Under the pieces are notes generated by a model. The model saw nothing but the letters and a program-made list of their open reading frames with translations. It was not told where the DNA came from and ran no database searches. From positions 1 to 34,337 of the forward strand of contig JBGSUI010000243.1 of NCBI GenBank assembly GCA_041736175.1: 34,337 bases of DNA, in the 5' to 3' direction. Numbering within the stretch: the first letter of the stretch is position 1; the number at the start of each line of letters is the position of its first letter. Of this stretch, positions 28,060 to 34,337 are shown one piece after another. A program made the position numbers and the translations under genes. The stretch is from Oligoflexales bacterium. Lineage in GTDB: Bacteria > Bdellovibrionota_B > Oligoflexia > Oligoflexales > CAIYRB01.

Positions 28060-28914
28060 ATGCATTCAATTTCCACAAACGCATCTCCTCAACCTTTCAA
28101 GGTGGATTATCCGGTCATAGCGTGGTTCACAGTCGTACACCTCGCCGCAGTGATCCTACCTTTCTTTTATACGACAACACCTGCCGTCTTGGTAGGAATC
28201 CTGCTTTATTTTGTGACCGGTTGCCTAGGGATCACCTTGGGCTACCACCGACTCCTCACCCACCGCAGTTTTAAGGCCCCTAAATGGGTTGAGCGATTCC
28301 TTGCCCTCTGTGGAGTGTTAGCCATGCAACGGGGCCCTTTAGACTGGTGTGGAGAACACCGGATGCACCATGCTGGGGTTGATACCGATATGGATCCTCA
28401 CAATGCCCGTCTTGGTTTTTGGTGGAGCCACCTTTTTTGGATGTGTTACGAGCAGCCCAAATTTTCCGATCCCATAAAGCTTAAGCGGTTTGGACGGGAC
28501 ATCGCCAACGATGCTTTTTTGATGTTTTTAGACAAAGAATCTGTGCAATATAGCCTCCAGATACTCCTTGCTGCCGGTCTTTACCTCCTCGGTGGTTTAC
28601 CTTTTGTGGTTTGGGGTATTTTTGTGAGATTGGCCGTGACTTACCATTGCACGTGGTTTGTCAACAGTGCCACCCATAAATGGGGATCCCAACGTTATCC
28701 GTCCAAAGATCTGTCTCGCAATCTCTGGTGGGTCGCTGTTTTGACCTTTGGGGAGGGGTGGCATAACAATCACCATAGCCACCAGGACGTTGCTCCCGCA
28801 GCCCACCGTTGGTATGAATGGGATCTCACCTGGTACATCATCCGCACCATGGAGGCTTTGGGTCTGGCAACCCACGTCCGGCGTCCACCCTCGGCAACTC
28901 CTAAAACTTCGTAA
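28060..28914 (+). CDS. Delta-9 fatty acid (acyl-CoA/acyl-lipid) desaturase
   Basis: His boxes HRLLTH, HRMHH and HNNHH; VNSATH; GEGWHNNHH; AAGGAG RBS before ATG 28060. Confidence 0.93.
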   Translation: MHSISTNASPQPFKVDYPVIAWFTVVHLAAVILPFFYTTTPAVLVGILLYFVTGCLGITLGYHRLLTHRSFKAPKWVERFLALCGVLAMQRGPLDWCGEHRMHHAGVDTDMDPHNARLGFWWSHLFWMCYEQPKFSDPIKLKRFGRDIANDAFLMFLDKESVQYSLQILLAAGLYLLGGLPFVVWGIFVRLAVTYHCTWFVNSATHKWGSQRYPSKDLSRNLWWVAVLTFGEGWHNNHHSHQDVAPAAHRWYEWDLTWYIIRTMEALGLATHVRRPPSATPKTS

Positions 28915-28928
28915 TATTGAGCACAATG

Positions 28929-28956
28929 TTGACATTTCCCAAAAGAGCCCTACTTT
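28929..28956 (+). promoter_or_regulatory. Sigma70 promoter for ftsH
   Basis: TTGACA-N16-TACTTT. Confidence 0.5.
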
Positions 28957-29071
28957 AGACTTTAGAGATGCTGAGTTGTCACGACTCACAAGACTCCCTA
29001 CGATCTAAGGTTCAGGACTTGCCTACAAGCTTCACAAGGGCTTCAATAAGGCTCAACATAAGGAAACGTCG

Positions 29072-30919
29072 ATGCTCAACCCTTCCCCTAAGCCTCTGAA
29101 CCGATTTAACTTCTTTTATGTTTTCTTAGCGGTGATGGGCGTGATCCTCATCCGGGACTCTTGGGTCAACTACACCGAAATTGCACCCATACCGTTTAGC
29201 GAATTTCAAGCGCTCCTCGACAAAAAACAGGTCAAAGAAGTCACGATCAGCGATCAATTTATCCGTGGGACCCTGGTCCAGCCCCTTGAGAACGGTCGAG
29301 AACAGTTTGTCACCGCACGGGTCGAAGACGGACTCGCCGCAAAGCTCTCCCAGAGTCAGGTCAAATACCAAAGAATCGTGGAAAATACCTTTTTTCGAGA
29401 AATTTTATCGTGGGTCGTTCCGGTGCTAATCTTTTTTGGTCTATGGATGTTTCTGATGAAGCGCATGTCCAAGGGTGGGGGGATTGGCGGCGGGTTGATG
29501 TCCATTGGACGCAGCAAAGCCAAGGTCTATGTGGAGACTGACACTAAAGTAAAGTTTGATGATGTCGCTGGCGTCGACGAAGCCAAAGACGAACTGCTCG
29601 AGATCGTCAACTTCCTTAAAAACCCAAAACACTTTGGTAGACTCGGCGCAAGGATGCCCAAAGGCATCCTCCTTGTGGGGCCTCCCGGCACGGGAAAAAC
29701 CATGCTTGCAAAGGCCGTGGCAGGGGAAGCCGCCGTGCCATTCTTTTCCATCAGTGGCTCAGAATTTGTAGAGATGTTTGTCGGGGTGGGTGCCGCTAGG
29801 GTCCGGGATCTATTTGAACAAGCTAGGCTCAAGGCTCCTGCAATTATTTTTATCGACGAACTGGATGCCCTCGGCAAAGCCCGCGGTCCCTCAGCGATGG
29901 GTGGGCACGACGAAAAGGAACAAACTCTAAATCAGCTCCTTGTGGAACTGGACGGTTTTGACTCTTCTTCGGGACTTGTCCTGCTCGCCGCCACCAACCG
30001 ACCCGAAACCCTGGACCCCGCTCTCCTGCGGGCTGGTCGGTTTGACCGTCAGGTCCTCGTGGACCGTCCCGACAAATCCGGTCGTCTGTCGATTCTTAAA
30101 GTCCATGCACGCAAAATCGTGTTAGACAAAGATCTCGACCTAGAAAAGATTGCGAGCATCACCACGGGTTTTACGGGAGCCGACCTTGCCAATCTTTGTA
30201 ACGAAGCGGCTCTCCTGGCGACGAGACGCCAGAGTGATGCCGTAAATACCGATGACTTCACCCAAGCGATCGAGAGGATCGTCGCAGGCCTCGAAAAGAA
30301 AAACCGAATCCTAAACACCAAGGAACGGGTCATCGTCGCCCACCATGAAATGGGGCATGCCCTTGTAGCCGCAGCACTCCCCAGCACGGACCGGGTCCAT
30401 AAAGTTTCGATCATTCCTCGGGGTATTGGCGCCCTTGGATATACGATTCAAAGGCCGACCGAAGACCGATTTTTGATGTCTAGGGCTGAATTAGAGGCAA
30501 AGATGACGGTTCTCCTCGGAGGGCGGGCTGCAGAAAACCTTATGTTTAGCGAATTTTCTACGGGAGCTTCGGATGATATTGCTCGAGCTTCTAATATTGC
30601 GCGGGAGATGGTCACTCGTTACGGGATGGACGAAGGTCTCGGTCATGTGGCTTACGAGACGGAAACCACCACCTTTTTAGGCCCCCAAGGGAGCATGAGG
30701 TCACGGGTCTATAGCGACCAAACAGCCCAAAAAATCGACGCTGCTATTCGCCAGCTGGTCAATCGTAGCCTAGACCGTGCCGCTGGGATCTTACATGAAA
30801 ATCTCAACTTGCTTAAAGAGAGTGCTGAAAAACTCCTCCTCAAAGAAACCCTTACAGAAGAAGACCTGCACCCGTATTTTGCAAAGATCACCCCCTATCA
30901 GTGGACGGGCGAGTTTTAA
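29072..30919 (+). CDS. ftsH: ATP-dependent zinc metalloprotease FtsH
   Basis: Two TM helices; Walker A GPPGTGKT; Walker B IIFIDE; pore [31 protein letters not shown] zinc motif. Confidence 0.97.
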   Translation: MLNPSPKPLNRFNFFYVFLAVMGVILIRDSWVNYTEIAPIPFSEFQALLDKKQVKEVTISDQFIRGTLVQPLENGREQFVTARVEDGLAAKLSQSQVKYQRIVENTFFREILSWVVPVLIFFGLWMFLMKRMSKGGGIGGGLMSIGRSKAKVYVETDTKVKFDDVAGVDEAKDELLEIVNFLKNPKHFGRLGARMPKGILLVGPPGTGKTMLAKAVAGEAAVPFFSISGSEFVEMFVGVGAARVRDLFEQARLKAPAIIFIDELDALGKARGPSAMGGHDEKEQTLNQLLVELDGFDSSSGLVLLAATNRPETLDPALLRAGRFDRQVLVDRPDKSGRLSILKVHARKIVLDKDLDLEKIASITTGFTGADLANLCNEAALLATRRQSDAVNTDDFTQAIERIVAGLEKKNRILNTKERVIVAHHEMGHALVAAALPSTDRVHKVSIIPRGIGALGYTIQRPTEDRFLMSRAELEAKMTVLLGGRAAENLMFSEFSTGASDDIARASNIAREMVTRYGMDEGLGHVAYETETTTFLGPQGSMRSRVYSDQTAQKIDAAIRQLVNRSLDRAAGILHENLNLLKESAEKLLLKETLTEEDLHPYFAKITPYQWTGEF

Positions 30920-30963
30920 AAAAATCGGGGTGTGTTAAAGTCAGTAGGGTGAGGTCAAAGCCA

Positions 30964-32124
30964 TCAGGGCGGGGTATCTTCGACAGAAAAAGCCGGCTCT
31001 TGCCCTACAAAGGTTTTGAGATCCATGACATCAATGCCGTCTGCGCTATAGGGTCTTTCTAAGTCAAGGACTAATTGAATAGAGCGCCGGGGTTTGACGC
31101 GGACATGATAATATTTAAGTCCATCACTTATTCCATCATCGCTTACTTTAGCTTCGATGCATAGGTCTGGTTTTTTGTTTATGATCGTAATAAAATCGCA
31201 TTCCCTTCCATCCTTGTCACGAAGATAATGTAAGGAGCATCGTTTGCCAGCGTAGTCCTCGAGCCAGTGGATTCGTTTGAGTAATGTAGTCGCCACGAGA
31301 TTTTCAAACACCGCACCACGATCTCCGACTACGTCTCCGTTATCATAAAAGTAAGTTTTCGGCGGTTTGGTGAGGCTGCGAGTCATTCCCTTGGCGGCAA
31401 AAGGATAAATAGCAAAGAGCACATAAAGCTTTTCCAGGCTTTGTATCCAGCGATTGACAGTCTTCGGACTCACTTCAAGATCTCTGGCCAAATTTGCCGC
31501 TGCAAGTGTGGATGTGACTCGCTCGCGGAGCAGGTCGACTAATACCTGCAAGGAAGCGATATCTCGAATGACGTCGACATTGCGGAGGTCCTCAGTCAAA
31601 ACTCTTTCAAACCGATCGCGTCGCCAGCGATCGGAGTCTCGTTGATCCATGGACAAAAACGGTTCGGGAAAACCACCATTTGTCATTAGGCGTTTGAGAG
31701 CATCGTTAAATGAAATAGCGGATGGATACTCATCAATCGAAAAAGGATGCAATCGCCAGTAGTGGTAACGTCCAAGCAAGGAGTCGCCACCTTTGCGGTA
31801 AACATCGAGTCTGGCCGAGCCAGTCACAAGGATTTTATGAATTGATTTCTGAACGTCGTAAATACCTTTGACCCATGATTTCCACTTTGGCATTTTGTGT
31901 AATTCGTCAAATACAAGGAGCTGGTCCCCATCGCTCCATTTTTGCTCACGCATTATTTTCCGGTGCTTTTGGTTGTCGTAGTTTAAGTAGTATGCTCCAG
32001 CAAATCGTTGCATCAATTGATTTGCTAGGTAGGTTTTACCGACTTGGCGTGGTCCACCGATGAAAACCATTTTGCGGACGAGGTCTAAGGCCACTTGATC
32101 TTGAATGTAACGCCCTGTTATCAT
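30964..32124 (-). CDS. AAA_14 + DUF4143 ATP-binding protein (COG1373-like)
   Basis: GPRQVGKT, LVFDELH, VTGSA, SLLGR, GGFPE, KTYFYD, FENLV and C-terminal ECDF...IEAK (PD-(D/E)xK-like). Confidence 0.9.
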   Translation of the reverse strand: MITGRYIQDQVALDLVRKMVFIGGPRQVGKTYLANQLMQRFAGAYYLNYDNQKHRKIMREQKWSDGDQLLVFDELHKMPKWKSWVKGIYDVQKSIHKILVTGSARLDVYRKGGDSLLGRYHYWRLHPFSIDEYPSAISFNDALKRLMTNGGFPEPFLSMDQRDSDRWRRDRFERVLTEDLRNVDVIRDIASLQVLVDLLRERVTSTLAAANLARDLEVSPKTVNRWIQSLEKLYVLFAIYPFAAKGMTRSLTKPPKTYFYDNGDVVGDRGAVFENLVATTLLKRIHWLEDYAGKRCSLHYLRDKDGRECDFITIINKKPDLCIEAKVSDDGISDGLKYYHVRVKPRRSIQLVLDLERPYSADGIDVMDLKTFVGQEPAFSVEDTPP

Positions 32125-32388
32125 TTAGCAATCCTTCTGACGCGACGAAAACAACCTCAATTCCAAAAAAGTCGCGACGATTATGGATTGTATGTCATTT
32201 TGGTCGTCCTGTCTATTTGGAGATTCTGCTCATTTATCCAGCCAGACCCATGCCCAAGGCAGAGAGGGGGCGCCCCTTCGGCTCATTCCAACAAGAAATA
32301 AATGCAGGGATATAAACGACGAGAATCTATGGAAACAACCTGATCTCGAAAAAACCTTCAAAGTCCTTGGTAAAGCTCAGCCTGGCTG

Positions 32389-32795
32389 CTATCCGACACG
32401 CAGTGTGGCTCTGAGATTAAGGCCGTATTTTGCGAGAAAAAGTGCCACGGTATTCCAGAAAAAGGTGATGGTTGCGACCATCTTTGGCAAGAGACGCTCT
32501 GCCTTATCAATCCGCTTTCGGGACGCATCACCCACAGGGAGACTATCGGCGATATTGTGAATATTTTCAAAACGCCGCTCGAGATCCTCCTCGCCTGTTT
32601 AGCCAGTCTTGCTTGGCCTGTGGCCAAATCGAAGGGATGATAATCCAAACCGATACCTATCACCTCAGAATTCAGCTCCTCTTGCACAGTCTTAATGGCT
32701 ATTAGATTATTTTGGGCAGCGATTACTTCTTCTTTTGCAGTCTCAATCCTGGTTTCAAAATCTGGTGGACGCCCTGGTCCTCGCTCATCAATCAA
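32389..32795 (-). pseudogene. Frameshifted fragment of a DUF6399-like putative transposase-associated protein
   Basis: RGPGRPPDFETRIE...YHPFDLATG, then a frameshift near 32593 into EEDLERRFENI...KRIDKAERLLPKMVATITFFW. Truncated at both ends. Family assignment is from recall. Confidence 0.5.
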
Positions 32796-32923
32796 ACTCT
32801 AAAAGTGTATAGCTAAAGGCTTGTATGGTGGGCGGTTCCCTGATCAATACCAGCGAAAACTATAATTTACAAGGATCCCTTATGCCTTTGGATTTCCTGA
32901 AGGCATGGGCTGTTAAGCTGTGA

Positions 32924-33643
32924 TCATATTGTATTCAGTGGGATGCTATCTAAAAGGGTTTTCCAAACGCTGTTGAGCCTAAATACCCCGCCAGATATAT
33001 CTAAAAAGGCCCCGTCCGCCTCAGCGCTGGAGATAACTGGACTTTGTACGTATGGATATGGTGGTCTACCATCGGCATAATTCACAACGCTCGGATTTGC
33101 TATCGACCGCATATTTACCTCTGGATTGGCCGTACGACTTAAAATGTATTCACCAGAGATGACGACTCCTCCAAAAGACCAAAATTTGTACGGATTGAGT
33201 TTGACATTGTTCCAATCACTTCCAGAATATATCACATTATTGTACTTAGATCTTGAGTGTGTGTAACGGCCTTCAGCAGATATGCTCATCATAAAAGAAT
33301 ATCCTTCAAGCATAGTTATCTTAGTTGAATAGGGATATCCCACCTCTTCTATATTGATTTTGACTACTTGGTGATCGAGCAGCGTATCATACAAGACAAC
33401 AGCGCCTTGCCGTTCTCTTAACAGTACAAATGCAAGAATATTGTTTTTATGGAATGCTGCTGAACTATATTCGCCGTCAAATTCATGGGCACTTTTTATC
33501 TTGAATCCACCTGAGGATAATTGCCAGCTTTTAAGATAGGTGCGACCGCTCTTTTTTTCTAAAGTAATGAGATGATCCAGCCGAAGACGAGCTGCTCTTG
33601 TATCTAGAATTCGCCCGCAAAGACCGGCAAAAAAGCAGTGCAA
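32924..33643 (-). CDS. Hypothetical beta-rich protein, probably 5'-truncated
   Basis: 239-codon ORF, AT-richer than flanking genes, with no convincing RBS or start; sits between two mobile remnants. Confidence 0.45.
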   Translation of the reverse strand: MHCFFAGLCGRILDTRAARLRLDHLITLEKKSGRTYLKSWQLSSGGFKIKSAHEFDGEYSSAAFHKNNILAFVLLRERQGAVVLYDTLLDHQVVKINIEEVGYPYSTKITMLEGYSFMMSISAEGRYTHSRSKYNNVIYSGSDWNNVKLNPYKFWSFGGVVISGEYILSRTANPEVNMRSIANPSVVNYADGRPPYPYVQSPVISSAEADGAFLDISGGVFRLNSVWKTLLDSIPLNTI

Positions 33644-34024
33644 TTCGTCGTAACAAGCAAAACGCAGCAGGTATGCCGACCCATGTCATGGAAAAATATC
33701 CTGATGGAGTTGTTATCCCCCAAGATTTAAGGGAGATGGCTCGTCTGGTCGTAACCACGGCAACTGATGGTGTGGGCTTCTTTTTGGTTTAGATCTATCC
33801 TCATAGACATGAAGAATTTCACGCAAAAATTATTCTCGCTCCCGATCTGGACCTTAAACAGGATGGCAAGGCCTCCACCGTCCTAAGTTTGATTTGGGGG
33901 CGACTACTGATTTAAGTCGGGTGAGTGTTCTAAGTACTATCGGATGCGTTGACTGCTTTTTCCTAGGCGAAGCAGTGCATTTGATTGGTATTGAGAATCA
34001 AGACTTTGATCGGTTAGTCGCTTG

Positions 34025-34058
34025 GCCTCTTTGAGATTCGGGCCCGATCTCAAGAGGC
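34025..34058. repeat. Near-perfect 34-bp palindrome
   Basis: GCCTC-t-TTGAGAT-t-CGGGCCCG-ATCTCAA-GAGGC, ~85 nt downstream of the IS66-like stop. Confidence 0.75.
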
Positions 34059-34142
34059 GCCAAACATTCTTCTATTTTTATAAGAAATAGACAATAGGAT
34101 TTCAGACCATATTTTTTGCTAAAATGTGGCTATGTTAAACTA

Positions 34143-34337
34143 TTAGCTTTCTGTTTTTGATGATGGTGGTGGACCTTGCCCTCTATTGAGCAATCTAGCG
34201 ACTTTATGTGGCAGATATTTAGCTGGATTTTTTGCTATTTTAGCTGGGTCTTGTGCACCGATGTACCGTAGGTATTGATTATAGGGTAGACCGCATGCAT
34301 TGCATGAGGCGATAAAGGATCTGTGGATATCGAGAGC
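34143..34337 (-). mobile_element. C-terminus of an IS66-like transposase (runs off the window)
   Basis: Not in the ORF track. Translates ALDIHRSFIASCNACGLPYNQYLRYIGAQDPAKIAKNPAKYLPHKV..., matching the IS66 TnpC tail pattern S-L/F-I-x-T/S-C-x3-G...YL...LP. Confidence 0.55.

Noticed and set aside
33751..33775. GTAACC... as the IS66 terminal inverted repeat
   Set aside because: Only the first bases match, it lies ~390 nt from the stop, and the partner end is outside the window.
399..33792. Numerous short antisense or nested ORFs in the track (e.g. 399-767, 947-1366, 7396-7815, 16383-16784, 27120-27554, 30049-30414, 32183-32560)
   Set aside because: Most are shadows of well-supported genes, and none has a recognisable RBS or motif.

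Overview
Bacterial chromosomal window of moderate GC. The gene content suggests Bdellovibrionota/Oligoflexia or a related deltaproteobacteria-like lineage, but this is inference only. Left part (1-13.3 kb): envelope and stress genes, namely a degenerate histidine-kinase-like ORF, a deleted and frameshifted membrane-protein pseudogene and a DUF2171 gene (each with a sigma54-type promoter), two alpha/beta-hydrolase-fold proteins with altered nucleophile motifs, bactofilin, lipoproteins, a DUF4175-like protein, GST, YqjF/DUF2071 and an MsrB-MsrA fusion. Centre (13.4-22.1 kb): an unusual chemosensory operon with two tandem CheAs (REC-CheA, then CheA-REC, each with two CheW domains), cheW, cheB, an unannotated protein with four MshEN-like repeats plus an apparent His-less HPt, and cheR. 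It has no chemoreceptor and no stand-alone cheY, and is the best candidate for a novel system. Right part: acyl-CoA synthetase, a possible apaH / beta-barrel / TM-cNMP / membrane-protein operon, a delta-9 desaturase, an FtsH paralogue, an AAA_14-DUF4143 ATPase, and a decayed mobile-element region (DUF6399-like remnant, IS66-like C-terminus). No rRNA, tRNA or CRISPR array was seen. All family calls come from manual motif reading, not database searches.
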